Assembly: GCA_964437835.1 (NCBI GenBank)
Contig: CAYTJA010000187.1
Coordinates: 1 to 62,880, forward strand
Direction of reading: 5' to 3'
Source: an uncultured Spirochaetales bacterium
GTDB lineage: Bacteria > Myxococcota_A > UBA9160 > SMWR01
DNA: 62,880 nucleotides
In this document: positions 32,108-42,042 of the stretch, one piece after another
How positions within the stretch are numbered: position 1 is the stretch's first letter
Layout: every line of letters begins with the position of its first letter
Program-made: the position numbers and the translations under genes
Notes under the pieces: model-generated
Told to the model about the DNA's origin: nothing
Databases searched by the model: none
What the model saw: the letters and a program-made list of their open reading frames with translations, nothing else

Positions 32108-33829
32108 CTAGAACCCCACTGCGAGTCCGTCGCGGCGCGGGTCACTGCCGCCGCTGAACCAGCCGGTCAGCGGATCCACGACGATCGCCTCGGCGCTCGA
32201 CCAGTGCTCGTCGCCGCGCTCGACCGTGTGCCCGCGCGCACGCAGAGACTCGAGCACGTCCGCGGGGATCTCGGGTTCGACGAGCAGCTGGTCCGGCAGC
32301 CACTGGTGGTGGAAGCGCGGCGCGGAGACCGCCTCCTGCACGTCCATGCGGTAATCGACCACATTCAGCACCGTCAGCAGCGTCGTCGTGATGATGCGAG
32401 GTCCGCCGGGGCTGCCGGTCACCATCACGAGCTTGCCGTCCTTCTGCAGGAAGGTCGGCGTCATGCTCGAGAGCGGGCGCTTGCCCGGCGCGATCGAATT
32501 CTGGCCGCGGGTATCGACGAGGCCGTAGGCGTTCGGGACATTCGGGGCGACCGAGAAATCGTCCATCTCGTTGTTCAGCAGCACCCCGGTGCCGGGCACC
32601 GTCAGCCCGGAGCCGAAGGGGGTGTTGATCGTCTCGGTCAGCGACACCGCATTGCCCGCGGCGTCGGCGGTCGATAGGTGCGTGGTGCCGGAGTCCTCGA
32701 GCGGGAGCCCGGGCCCCTCGACAGTGATCGCGGACTCGCCGCGCCCCCAGCTGAAGAGCGAACGTTCCCAGAAAGGCGGATTGATGCGCGCGCGCTGGCG
32801 CTGCGCGTAGGCCTTCGAGGTGAGCTCGTCGACCGGCACCGGGACGAAGTCGGCGTCTCCGAGCAGGCTGTTGCGATCGGCGAAGGCCAGCTTCATCGCC
32901 TCGGCGATGCGGTGGATCGACGCGGAGGAGCCCGAGCCGAGCGCGGCGAGGTCGAAGCCCTCGAGCACGTTCAACATCTCGAGCAGCGCGACGCCCCCGG
33001 AGGAGGGCGGCGGAAAGCTGAGCACCTCGAGGTCTCGATAGCTGCCGAGAATCGGCTTGCGCCACTTCGGAGTGTAGGACGCGAGATCCTCGCGGGAGAG
33101 CAGGCCGCCGCGCTGCTGCATCTCGGCGGCGATGCGCTCGGCGATTGCACCGCGATAGAAGATCGCCGGCCCCTGCACCGCGATCGACGCGAGGGTGTCG
33201 GCGAGATCGCGCTGCACGAGCGGCCAGCCCGGGCGGATCGGCTCGCCATCCGGCGGGAACTGGATGCGCCCGGTCTCGGGAAACTCGTCCGGCAGCCCCA
33301 TCGCGCGCACCTGCTCGAGGCGCTGCGCGTGATAGGGGCCGATCGCGAAGCCCTCGCGCGCGAGGCGGATCGCGGGCTCGAGCACCTCCGCGAGTGGCAG
33401 CGACCCGTAGCGCGCCTGCAGCTCGGCGAGGCCGGCGACGAGCCCGGGCGTGGCGACTGCGAGCGGCCCGTAGAGCGAGGCGCCCTTCTCGACGCCGGGC
33501 TGCACGAACATGTCGCGCGTCGCCGCGGCGGGTGCCGTCTCACGGCAGTCGAGTGCGATGACCTCGCCCGTGGCGAGGCGGATCAGCGCGAAGGCGCCGC
33601 CGCCGATGCCGGTCGACATCGGTTGCGTGACGGCCAGCGCAAAGGCGGTCGCGACCGCGGCGTCGATCGCATTGCCGCCGCGCTCGAGCATTGCGAGGCC
33701 CGCGCGACTCGCGTCGACCTGGGAGCTCACGACCATCCCGCGCGGGGCCTGCGCGGGCGCGGCGGCCGCGGCCCAGCCGCACTCGGCTATCGAGCCGGCG
33801 GCGAAAAAGCCGATGAAGCAGCAGAACAC
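32108..33829 (-). CDS. ggt: Gamma-glutamyltransferase
   Basis: GGNAIDAAVA, TTHLS nucleophile Thr, TINTPFGSG, LLNNEMDDF, PLSSMTP, GSPGGPRI. Start uncertain (GTG at 33829 used). Confidence 0.93.
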   Translation of the reverse strand: MFCCFIGFFAAGSIAECGWAAAAAPAQAPRGMVVSSQVDASRAGLAMLERGGNAIDAAVATAFALAVTQPMSTGIGGGAFALIRLATGEVIALDCRETAPAAATRDMFVQPGVEKGASLYGPLAVATPGLVAGLAELQARYGSLPLAEVLEPAIRLAREGFAIGPYHAQRLEQVRAMGLPDEFPETGRIQFPPDGEPIRPGWPLVQRDLADTLASIAVQGPAIFYRGAIAERIAAEMQQRGGLLSREDLASYTPKWRKPILGSYRDLEVLSFPPPSSGGVALLEMLNVLEGFDLAALGSGSSASIHRIAEAMKLAFADRNSLLGDADFVPVPVDELTSKAYAQRQRARINPPFWERSLFSWGRGESAITVEGPGLPLEDSGTTHLSTADAAGNAVSLTETINTPFGSGLTVPGTGVLLNNEMDDFSVAPNVPNAYGLVDTRGQNSIAPGKRPLSSMTPTFLQKDGKLVMVTGSPGGPRIITTTLLTVLNVVDYRMDVQEAVSAPRFHHQWLPDQLLVEPEIPADVLESLRARGHTVERGDEHWSSAEAIVVDPLTGWFSGGSDPRRDGLAVGF

Positions 33830-33908
33830 AGCGAAGAGCCGCGCCGGCCCGCATCGCCGAGGGCGTTTCTCGGAGTGGCAAGTGCAGACAGAAACAGGCT
33901 GGGAAAAA

Positions 33909-34640
33909 GTGGAAATCACGCGCGGAACCTACCATAGACCGGCTCTCGCGCTGAGGCTCGGCTCGCTGCTCGCGGCGCTGCTCGGAGCCTGCGGCGACCC
34001 GGCCCGGAACGCGAGCGGCGAAAGCAGCGCGGCGGCGGAGCTGCCCGCGTTGCCCGATCTGAGCGGCCCCCGCGCTCGCGCGCTCTTCGAGCTCGAGGAA
34101 CTCGGAGAGGTGCGCATCGAGATGTTTCCGGAGCTCGCGCCGCAGACGGTCGCGAACTTCGAGAAGCTCGCGCGCGAGGGCTACTACGACGGCACCACCT
34201 TCCATCGCGTGATTCCGGGCTTCATGCTGCAGGGCGGCGACCCCAACACGCGCGATGCCGATCCGCGCAACGACGGCCGGGGCGGTCCCGACTACGCGAT
34301 GCCGCGCGAGACCTCCGCGTGGTCGCATCGCCGCGGCACGGTTTCCTGGGCCGCGAGCGGCCGCACGCCCTCGGGCAGTCAGTTCTTCATCGTGCTGCAG
34401 GACTCCCCGCACCTCGACGGGCAGCACAATGTGATCGGGCGCGTGGTCGAAGGCATGCAGGTGTTGGATCGCGTCGCCGCGCTCGAGATCGACAGCTACG
34501 GCCGCTATGGGCCGCAGAACCGCCCCTACCCGGTCGATGCGCGCATCCGGCGGATCCAGATCGAGCCCGCGCACGCGGACGCCGCTCGAACCGCGAGCGC
34601 CGCGCCCGTGCCGGAAGCAACGGCCGCGGGCGGCTTCTAG
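33909..34640 (+). CDS. Cyclophilin-type peptidyl-prolyl isomerase, lipoprotein
   Basis: Lipobox LGAC; APQTVANF, YYDGTTFHRVIPGFMLQGGD, GSQFFI. Start uncertain. Confidence 0.9.
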   Translation: MEITRGTYHRPALALRLGSLLAALLGACGDPARNASGESSAAAELPALPDLSGPRARALFELEELGEVRIEMFPELAPQTVANFEKLAREGYYDGTTFHRVIPGFMLQGGDPNTRDADPRNDGRGGPDYAMPRETSAWSHRRGTVSWAASGRTPSGSQFFIVLQDSPHLDGQHNVIGRVVEGMQVLDRVAALEIDSYGRYGPQNRPYPVDARIRRIQIEPAHADAARTASAAPVPEATAAGGF

Positions 34641-34677
34641 CCCCCCTCCGCGGGAGCGGCTACGTTTCGGCTTCCGT

Positions 34678-34753
34678 GGCCCGGTAGCTCAGTTGGTAGA
34701 GCACGCGACTGAAAATCGCGGTGTCGGCAGTTCGATTCTGCCCTGGGCCACCA
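34678..34753 (+). tRNA. tRNA-Phe (GAA)
   Basis: 76 nt: GGCCCGG acceptor stem, TAGCTCAGTTGGTAGAGC D-arm, CT-GAA-AA anticodon loop, GTTCGATT T-loop, encoded CCA. Confidence 0.97.
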
Positions 34754-34902
34754 CGCCTCATGCCTGCCTTCGAGCCCGGATCGGCACGGCTCGCATCCGC
34801 GGCCGGCACCCCGAAATTTCCCTCCCCTGCACGAGGACGCGCGTCTACAGTGTGTGCCGCCGGCGACCGCGCGCAGCGGATTCGACCGGACGGAGGGCTC
34901 CG

Positions 34903-35781
34903 ATGCGCAAGATCACGACTTCACGAATTCGCGTGCTAGGTGCGACGGCCGCCGCACTCGCGATTGGTTTTCCCGTGACTGCCCAGGCGGACGAGACTGC
35001 GGAGAGGCCGAGCCGGGTATCCGGCATCGCCCAGGTCGATCTCTCGAATGCGTACTACTTCCGCGGGATCAAGCAGGAGCGCGACGGGATCATCGTCCAG
35101 CCCTGGGCCGAGCTGTATCTGAACCTGTACCAGGCGGAAGACGGCCCGATCCGCGACGTCAGCATCGGCGCGGGCGTCTGGAACAGCATCCACGGCGACG
35201 GCACGCTCGCGGAGCATTCGCCCACGTCGATCTACGAGACGGACTGGTACCCGCTGATCTCGATCGGGCTTCCCGGCGGCCTCACCTGGACGACGACCTA
35301 CTACTTCTACACCAGCCCGAACGGCGCGTTCTCGACCGCGCAGGAGCTGAACTTCAAGCTCGCCTGGGACGACAGCGAGACACTCGGGCGCTTCGCGCTC
35401 GCGCCCTGGGCCAACCTGGCGTACGAGACGGATCGCACGGCGTTCGGCGATCGCAAGGGCGTGGGCGTACAGATGGGGATTGCACCGACGCTGTACGCGC
35501 ACGACGACGAGCGATTCCCGATCGAGGTCACGTTTCCGATCGAGCTCGGGCTCTCGATCGACGACTACTACGAAGAGACAGGCGTCTCGAACGATACTTT
35601 CGGCTACCTCTCGTGGGGCCTCTCCGTGCGGATCCCGCTCGGTTTCCTCGACCCAAGCTGGGGCGCGTGGGCCGTGACAGCCGTGGGCAAGGGCTACACC
35701 TTCGGCGACTCCCTGGAGGAAGCCAACGGGGGCGACGAGCTGCAAGCGCAGGGCGTCGGGAGCCTGAGCCTCGAGTTCTGA
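34903..35781 (+). CDS. Outer-membrane beta-barrel, TorF-like putative porin
   Basis: Signal peptide, LSNAYYFRGIKQ motif, alternating beta pattern, C-terminal Phe. Confidence 0.75.
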   Translation: MRKITTSRIRVLGATAAALAIGFPVTAQADETAERPSRVSGIAQVDLSNAYYFRGIKQERDGIIVQPWAELYLNLYQAEDGPIRDVSIGAGVWNSIHGDGTLAEHSPTSIYETDWYPLISIGLPGGLTWTTTYYFYTSPNGAFSTAQELNFKLAWDDSETLGRFALAPWANLAYETDRTAFGDRKGVGVQMGIAPTLYAHDDERFPIEVTFPIELGLSIDDYYEETGVSNDTFGYLSWGLSVRIPLGFLDPSWGAWAVTAVGKGYTFGDSLEEANGGDELQAQGVGSLSLEF

Positions 35782-35796
35782 TCCAAAAACCCGCAG

Positions 35797-35949
35797 TGGG
35801 ACCGGGCCGCTCCCGGACCGGGACCCGCAAGGCTAACGAGGCTCCGCCTCAGACCGACGAGACGTGCAAGCCGACGAAGTCGGCGCGCAGCGAGGCGCAG
35901 CCGAGCGAAGCGGGGTGGTCCGGGCTGCGCCCGGACCGGGACCACAAGG
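35797..35949 (-). repeat. REP-like modular repeat, cluster 6
   Basis: Two reverse A-modules (…ggaccgggacc(c/a)(g/c)caaggcta) plus gcgcagcgaggcgcagccgagc; lies between convergent genes. Confidence 0.85.
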
Positions 35950-37077
35950 CTAGGCCGGCGAGGCGGATCCCGCGGGCGGCTCCGGATGCAGCAGGCGTGC
36001 GGCCTCCGGCGCGAAGCTGAGCCAGAGCTGCGCACCCGGCCGCACCGTCGGCTCGTGGCGCGAGGCCTCGAGATAAGCCACGAGTTCGTCGCCCACGGAG
36101 TCGCGCAGTGCGCAGCGCAGCACCGGCCCCTGGAACACCAGATCGGTGCAGGTCACCGACAGCCCGCAGCGCTCCGGCGGCGGGGCCAGAACGGCGAGCT
36201 GCAGACGCTCGGGCCGGATCATCAACAGCGCCTTCGCTCCGGCCGCGAAGCGGCGGCCTCCCGTCGCGACCTCGCTGCGGCGCCCGCCCGGGAGCCCGAG
36301 CAGCGCGACACCGTCGCGCTCCTGCTCGACGACGACGGGAAGCAGGTTCGCGCTGCCGATGAAGCGCGCGACGAAGGCCGACTCGGGCGCGTCGTAGATC
36401 TCCACCGGCGTGCCGACCTGCTCGAGCCTGCCACCGCGCATCACCGCGATCCGGTCGGACATCGTGAGCGCTTCCTCCTGGTCGTGCGTCACGAAGACGA
36501 AGGTGATGCCGACGTCGCGCTGGATCCGCTTCAACTCCAGCTGCATCTGGCGCCGCAGCTCGAGATCGAGGGCCGAGAGCGGCTCGTCGAGCAGCAGCGC
36601 CGAGGGCTCGTTCGCGAGAGCGCGCGCAAGTGCTACGCGCTGGCGCTGGCCGCCGGAGAGCTGGCTCGGCTTGCGCTTCGCGAAGTCGCCCAGGCGCACG
36701 ACATCGAGCATCTGGCGCACGCGCGCCTCTACCTTTTCGGGCTCGAGCGAGCGGATGCGCGGCCCGAAGGCGACGTTGTCGAAGACCGAAAGATGCGGGA
36801 ACAACGCGTAGTTCTGGAACACCGTGTTGACCGCCCGGCGATAGGGCGGCACGCCGACGACGTCGGCGCCGTCGAGCTTCAGCACGCCGCTCGACACCTC
36901 CTCGAAGCCCGCGATCATGCGCAGCATCGTCGTCTTGCCGCAGCCCGAGGGACCCAGCATCGAGAAGAACTCGCCGCGGCGGATCTCGAAGCTCGCCTCG
37001 TGCACGGCGACGGAATCGCCGTAGCGTTTGCTGACGCGCTCTACCGAAATCACGGGCTCTGCGTCGGAGTGGATCAC
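35950..37077 (-). CDS. potA: Polyamine ABC transporter ATP-binding subunit
   Basis: GPSGCGKTT, VNTVFQNYALFPHL, LSGGQRQRVA, FVTHDQEEALTMSDRI, C-terminal TOBE domain. Confidence 0.9.
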   Translation of the reverse strand: MIHSDAEPVISVERVSKRYGDSVAVHEASFEIRRGEFFSMLGPSGCGKTTMLRMIAGFEEVSSGVLKLDGADVVGVPPYRRAVNTVFQNYALFPHLSVFDNVAFGPRIRSLEPEKVEARVRQMLDVVRLGDFAKRKPSQLSGGQRQRVALARALANEPSALLLDEPLSALDLELRRQMQLELKRIQRDVGITFVFVTHDQEEALTMSDRIAVMRGGRLEQVGTPVEIYDAPESAFVARFIGSANLLPVVVEQERDGVALLGLPGGRRSEVATGGRRFAAGAKALLMIRPERLQLAVLAPPPERCGLSVTCTDLVFQGPVLRCALRDSVGDELVAYLEASRHEPTVRPGAQLWLSFAPEAARLLHPEPPAGSASPA

Positions 37078-38267
37078 GGGGGGCCTGCTGCGGCCGTCCC
37101 GGCGCTCGGCTGTGGATCCGGGGCGGCTTCGGGGTCGAAGCCCTTGTCTCGGCTCGCGTAGACGAAGCGGCGCGTCTTCGCGAGCTCGGCAGAAATCGCG
37201 GCGAGCTGTTCGTCGAGCCAGTGCGGGTTCTGCGCGATCCAGCGGCTCACGTCGCCGTTCAGCGTCGGATCCGTCGCGAGGCCGGGCCCGTAGTGCCGGC
37301 GGAAGACGTCGTAGCGGAACAGCGGCTTCAGCCGCTTCAGATCGCGCGCGCCGGTCGGCAGCGGCAGCAGGGCGACGTCCTGCTTGCCCGTCGCGCGCCG
37401 CTCTTCGAGCCGCGTGAGCACGATCGACAGGCTGCTCATCAGATGCGTCGGCTCGCAGTAGGTCGCGAAGTCGTCGTAGAGGAGCTTCATCACGGCCGCG
37501 GCCTCGTCGATCGGCAGCCGCGCCTCGCGCTCGCGCCCGACTCGCCGCAACAGCAGCATGAAGGGCACCGGGCGGTCGCCGCTGCGCGCGATCTCGGCCG
37601 GGTCGCGGAAGTCGGGCTGGCGGTACGGGAAGTGGCGCGGGTCGATCGCGTCGAAGCCGCCGCGCCCGTAGAACAGCACGCGCTGCAACGAGAGCTTGTC
37701 CTCGGGGCTGAAGTACTCCATCTCGGCCGCGAGATCGACGCGCATCCCGAAGTAACGGCCGGGCGCATCCGGGGCCGGGAGCTGGAGCACGCCCCGCTGG
37801 TGCAGCGCGTGCAGATACGTGACGGCGAGATCCAGTGGCGCAATCCGCAGCCAGTACGTGAGCACGGAACCGCGCGCATCGGGCAGCATGAAGATGTGCG
37901 AGAGGTAGACGACGCAGAGGTCCGGCGCGTAGGCGGGGTTCACGAGCACGCGGCCGTCTCGCACGCCGCGGATCGCACCGCTCACGCGATCGCGAGCGAC
38001 GAGCAGGAAGTAGCGCGCGAAGGTTCCCGAGGGCAGCGCGCGCAGCGGATCGTCCTGCAGCATGCGCCGGATCACGTCCTCGGACTCCATCTCGCCCGAG
38101 GCCCCGAAGGCCTCCCAGAGGATCTCGTAGGCGCGGTGGAAGTCGGGGTGATCAGGGTGATCGATCGACTCGACTTCGTACTTGCGCGTCTCGCGTTCGA
38201 TCATCTCGACCACGTCGTGGGCGTAGAGATCCTTGAGGCAGAGGCGGACGCGGGTGCCCTGACTCAT
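37074..38267 (-). CDS. Uncharacterised GNAT-like protein (paralog A)
   Basis: YLSHIFMLPDARG (acetyl-CoA loop-like), FYGRGGF; shares several motifs with 41194-42042; ATG at 38267. Confidence 0.7.
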   Translation of the reverse strand: MSQGTRVRLCLKDLYAHDVVEMIERETRKYEVESIDHPDHPDFHRAYEILWEAFGASGEMESEDVIRRMLQDDPLRALPSGTFARYFLLVARDRVSGAIRGVRDGRVLVNPAYAPDLCVVYLSHIFMLPDARGSVLTYWLRIAPLDLAVTYLHALHQRGVLQLPAPDAPGRYFGMRVDLAAEMEYFSPEDKLSLQRVLFYGRGGFDAIDPRHFPYRQPDFRDPAEIARSGDRPVPFMLLLRRVGREREARLPIDEAAAVMKLLYDDFATYCEPTHLMSSLSIVLTRLEERRATGKQDVALLPLPTGARDLKRLKPLFRYDVFRRHYGPGLATDPTLNGDVSRWIAQNPHWLDEQLAAISAELAKTRRFVYASRDKGFDPEAAPDPQPSAGTAAAGPP

Positions 38268-38351
38268 CGGTTCGATTCCCCTCGGGGTGCGATATGGGCA
38301 GCCCGGACCCGGTATGGCGCTGGCGGCTCCCGACTGTAAGGGTTCCGACGG

Positions 38352-39668
38352 GTGCGTGACCAGAGCTTCGATCGGAACACCTCTGCCTGGGTTGCCGAGT
38401 GCGAGGCGCCGCAGCCGACCCCGGCGCTCGCGGGGCGGGTCGCGACCGACGTCGCGATCGTCGGCGGCGGCCTCACGGGGGTCTCGACCGCGTGGCACCT
38501 GCGCGAGCGGCACCCCGAGCTCGGAATCGCGCTGCTCGAGGCGCGCGAGCTCGGGCACGGCGCGAGCGGGCGCAACGGCGGGCAGGTCCTGAACTGGGTG
38601 AACGGGGTGAGGCCCGAGAGCCCCGAGGAGGCGTGCCGGATCCACGCGGCGACGCGGGCCGGCATCGATCTCGCCGAGGACTTCGCGCGCCGCTTCGGCC
38701 CGCCCGACTGCTTCCGGCGCCAGGGCTGCCTCGAGGTCTTCACCGACGCGGCTCGCGCCGAGCGCGCGGCGCAGCACGCCGAGTGGCTGCGTGCGGCGGG
38801 CATTCCCGCGGAGTTCGTGCCCGCGAAGGCGCTAGGCGTGCGCGGCACCCACGGCGCGCTGCTCGATCCGGTCGCCGGCCGCATCAATAGCCTCGCGCTG
38901 CTCCAGGCGATGCGGCCGGTGCTGATCGCCGCGGGAATCGCCGTGCACGAGCAGACGCCCGTACGCCGCGTCCGGCTCGGCGGCGAAATCGCGCTCGAGA
39001 CGCCCGCGGGCGAGCTGCGGGCCCACGCGCTCGTGCTCGCGACGAACGCCTGGACGCCCTCGCTCGGCTTCTTCCGGCGCGGGCTGCTGCCGCTGCACTC
39101 GCACGCACTCGCGACCGCCCCGCTGCCCGAGGATCTCTGGGCGCGCATCGGCTGGGGACGCTGGGACGGCTTCTCGGACGACATGGACCGCATCGCGTAT
39201 GCGTGCCGCACGCCCGGAGGGCGCGTGCTCTTCGGCGGGGGTGGCAACGCCGCCTACACGTATCGCTTCGGCGGCTCTCCGAACGCGCGCGCTGTGGATC
39301 TCGACCGCGCGGTCGGCTTCATGCGCCATCGCCTGACAGGTTATTTCCCGGAGCTGGCAAACGTTCCGATCGCGCACCGTTGGTCGGGGCCGCTCGGCAT
39401 CACACTCGACCGCATCTGCTCGATCGGCGTCGGCCTCGCGGCGCCGAGGGTCTACCACGCGCTCGGCTACAGCGGCCACGGCCTCGCACTTTCGCTGCTC
39501 GCGGGCCGCGTCATCGCCGACCTCTACGACGACCACCACGAGCCCTGGCGCGACCTCCCCTTCTACCAGAAGCGCCTCCTGCCCCTGCCGCCCGAACCCC
39601 TGCGCTGGCTCGGCTACCAGGCCTACACCCGCCTCACCGGCCGCTCCCCCCGACGCCCCTTCCGCTAG
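38352..39668 (+). CDS. FAD-dependent oxidoreductase, PuuB/DadA family
   Basis: DVAIVGGGLTG, GASGRNGG, VLATNAW, RVLFGG, WSGPLG, ALGYSGHG. Confidence 0.88.
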   Translation: MRDQSFDRNTSAWVAECEAPQPTPALAGRVATDVAIVGGGLTGVSTAWHLRERHPELGIALLEARELGHGASGRNGGQVLNWVNGVRPESPEEACRIHAATRAGIDLAEDFARRFGPPDCFRRQGCLEVFTDAARAERAAQHAEWLRAAGIPAEFVPAKALGVRGTHGALLDPVAGRINSLALLQAMRPVLIAAGIAVHEQTPVRRVRLGGEIALETPAGELRAHALVLATNAWTPSLGFFRRGLLPLHSHALATAPLPEDLWARIGWGRWDGFSDDMDRIAYACRTPGGRVLFGGGGNAAYTYRFGGSPNARAVDLDRAVGFMRHRLTGYFPELANVPIAHRWSGPLGITLDRICSIGVGLAAPRVYHALGYSGHGLALSLLAGRVIADLYDDHHEPWRDLPFYQKRLLPLPPEPLRWLGYQAYTRLTGRSPRRPFR

Positions 39669-39724
39669 GCCGAGCCCGCATGGACCTCTGGCATCCCCGG
39701 CGCTCGGTCGTCGCCGCCGATCGG

Positions 39725-41062
39725 TCAGAGGCGGTCGAGGGCGCGGGTCAGGGAGGCGAAGAGGCGGTCGAGTTCGTCGTGGGTGATCACGAAGGGCGGG
39801 GACAACGCGACGAGGTCGCGGATGCCGCGCACGATCACACCCTCCTCGCGCGCGAGCTGGTGAACGGCGAGGCCCAGCGTGTTCGGGGCGGCGTCGGCAT
39901 GCCGGCCCTGCTTCGGGCGGCGCAGCTCGAGCGCGCCGATCAGTCCCACGCCGCGCACTTCGGCGACCGCGGGATGCGCCGCCAGGCGCTGTAGCGCGGC
40001 CTGGAAACGCGGGCCGATGTCGTCGCGCACGCGCTCGATCAAATGCTCGCGCTCGATCAGATCGAGATTCGCGAGCGCCGCAGCGCAGGCAGTCGGGTGG
40101 CCCGTGTAGGTGAAACCGTGCGCGAGGGTACCGCCGGAATCGAGCGCGGCGGCGATCTCGTCGCTGACCAGAGTCGCGCCGAGCGGCAGATAGCCGCTGG
40201 TGATGCCCTTCGCGAGCGTGATCAGGTCTGGATCGAGGTTCCAGAGCTGCGACGCGAACCAGGCGCCGAGGCGGCCGAAACCCGTGATCACCTCGTCGGC
40301 GACGAAGAGGATCTCGTGGCGGCGGCACAGCTCGCGCAGCCGTGCCAGGTAACCCTCGGGCGGCACGATCACTCCGCCCGCACCCTGCACCGGTTCGACG
40401 AAGATCGCGGCGATCGTCTGCGCGCCCTCGCGCGCGATCGCTCGCTCGGTCTCCGCGAGGCACCACGCGCCGTACTCGGCCGGGCTCTTGCCGCTGGCGT
40501 AGGCATTCGGACCGGGCACCTGGACGAAGCCCGGCAGCGGGAGATCGAAGGGATCCGTGCAGCTCGGGAGACCGGTCAGGCTGGTCGTCGCGAGCGTGAC
40601 GCCGTGATAGGCGAAGCTGCGCGCGAGCAGCTTCGTCTTCTCGCGCCGGCCACGCAGCTTCCAGTACGCGCGGATCAGCTTGAGCGCGGTCTCGTTGGCC
40701 TCGGAGCCCGAGTTGCTGAAGATCGCGCGGTTGAGCTTCGGGGGCGCGAGCGCGGCCAGGCGCGCGGCCAGGCGGATCGTCGGTTCGGTCGTGGTGTTGA
40801 AGAAGGACGGGTAGAACGCGACCGCTCGCATCTGCTCGGCCACCGCCTGCACGATCTCCTCGCGGCCGTAGCCGACGTTCACGCACCACAGTCCCGCGAG
40901 TCCGTCGATCAGCTCGCGCCCGTCCTCGTCGACGACGGTCGAGCCGCGCGCGCTGCGGATCACGTGCGTGCCGACCGCGTGCATCGCGCGGTGATCCGTG
41001 AAGGGGTGCAAGTGGTGGGCCTGATCGAGCTTGCGCAGGGAGGCGAGGTCGAAGCGCGACAT
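39725..41062 (-). CDS. Class III aminotransferase (SpuC/omega-amine:pyruvate-like)
   Basis: DGLAGLWCVNVGYGR, SGSEANE, AYHGVT, FVADEVITGFGR, TLAKGITSGY, HGFTYTGHP. Confidence 0.93.
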   Translation of the reverse strand: MSRFDLASLRKLDQAHHLHPFTDHRAMHAVGTHVIRSARGSTVVDEDGRELIDGLAGLWCVNVGYGREEIVQAVAEQMRAVAFYPSFFNTTTEPTIRLAARLAALAPPKLNRAIFSNSGSEANETALKLIRAYWKLRGRREKTKLLARSFAYHGVTLATTSLTGLPSCTDPFDLPLPGFVQVPGPNAYASGKSPAEYGAWCLAETERAIAREGAQTIAAIFVEPVQGAGGVIVPPEGYLARLRELCRRHEILFVADEVITGFGRLGAWFASQLWNLDPDLITLAKGITSGYLPLGATLVSDEIAAALDSGGTLAHGFTYTGHPTACAAALANLDLIEREHLIERVRDDIGPRFQAALQRLAAHPAVAEVRGVGLIGALELRRPKQGRHADAAPNTLGLAVHQLAREEGVIVRGIRDLVALSPPFVITHDELDRLFASLTRALDRL

Positions 41063-41193
41063 GAGCGCGACTCAAGCACGGCGCCCCGCACTGCGCCAGA
41101 CCGCGCAGCGATCTGCGCGTGCTCCGATCGCGTAGACCCGCGGCGCGCCGGCTCAGCCTTGCGCCGCGCCACCCCGGGCGGTACGAGAGCGGC

Positions 41194-42042
41194 GTGGAGA
41201 TTCCGCTCATCGCCGACGATCTCGCCCCCGGGGACCGTCCGGTCGCGGCGCAGGACTGGAGCGACCTCCGAGTTCACCGCGTCGGCGATCCGCGCGAGCC
41301 CGATTTCGAACCCGCCTACCAGCGCCTCTGGAGCGAATTCGGCGCGCGCGGAGAGATGGAGCGACGCGCGGTGATCCGCGCGCGCCTCGCCTGGGATCCC
41401 GCGTCTCCGACCCCCCACGCGGCGCTCGCCTACGAGCTGCTGGTGCTGCGCCGGGGCGGCGCCGTGGCTGCACTGCGCGACCACACCGCGGTCGTGCGCT
41501 GCGATGCCAACGCATCGCCGCTGCCGGGTCCGATCGTCGTACACCTCTCGCACTCGCTGATCGAGCCCGCGCAGCGCGGCCGTGGCCTCGCGGGCTGGCT
41601 GCGCGCGCTGCCGCTGCAGGCCGCGCGTCGCTGCGCGCGCGCGATCGGCAGTGCACCCGGCACGCCGATCGTGCTGGTCGCGGAAATGGAGCCCCCGGAT
41701 CCCGCCGAGCCGTGGCGAATCGGCCGCCTGCGCTCCTACGGCCGCGCGGGCTTTCGGGCGGTCGATCCCGCGGCCGCCCCCTACGCGCAGCCGGACTTCC
41801 GCTCCCCCGAACAGCTCGAGGGCGCGGAGCCGCGCTCGCTGTCGCTCCAGCTGGTGCTCCGGCGGGTCGGGCGCGAGCACGAGAGCTCGATGCCGGCGGA
41901 AGAGCTCGCGGCCGTGGTCGAGTCGATCTACGCGGTCTACGGCGAGCACGTGGCAGACGCTGCACTCGCGCCTCTGCGCGAGGAAGCCCTGCGCTGGACG
42001 CGTCGCCAGGCGCGCTTCGAGCTGCTACCTCCCCAGGCGTGA
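41194..42042 (+). CDS. Uncharacterised GNAT-like protein (paralog B)
   Basis: HLSHSLIEPAQRGRGLA, AEME, YGRAGF, PYAQPDFR, LRRVGRE; GTG start at 41194 inferred. Confidence 0.7.
   Translation: MEIPLIADDLAPGDRPVAAQDWSDLRVHRVGDPREPDFEPAYQRLWSEFGARGEMERRAVIRARLAWDPASPTPHAALAYELLVLRRGGAVAALRDHTAVVRCDANASPLPGPIVVHLSHSLIEPAQRGRGLAGWLRALPLQAARRCARAIGSAPGTPIVLVAEMEPPDPAEPWRIGRLRSYGRAGFRAVDPAAAPYAQPDFRSPEQLEGAEPRSLSLQLVLRRVGREHESSMPAEELAAVVESIYAVYGEHVADAALAPLREEALRWTRRQARFELLPPQA

Noticed and set aside
32108-33829. ggt as part of the polyamine pathway (glutamyl donor or remover)
   Set aside because: Predicted secreted, separated by cyclophilin, tRNA and porin; no sequence evidence of linkage.
34678-34753. 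tRNA-Phe as an integration site for the downstream accessory region
   Set aside because: No integrase and no duplicated tRNA 3' end noticed in the window.
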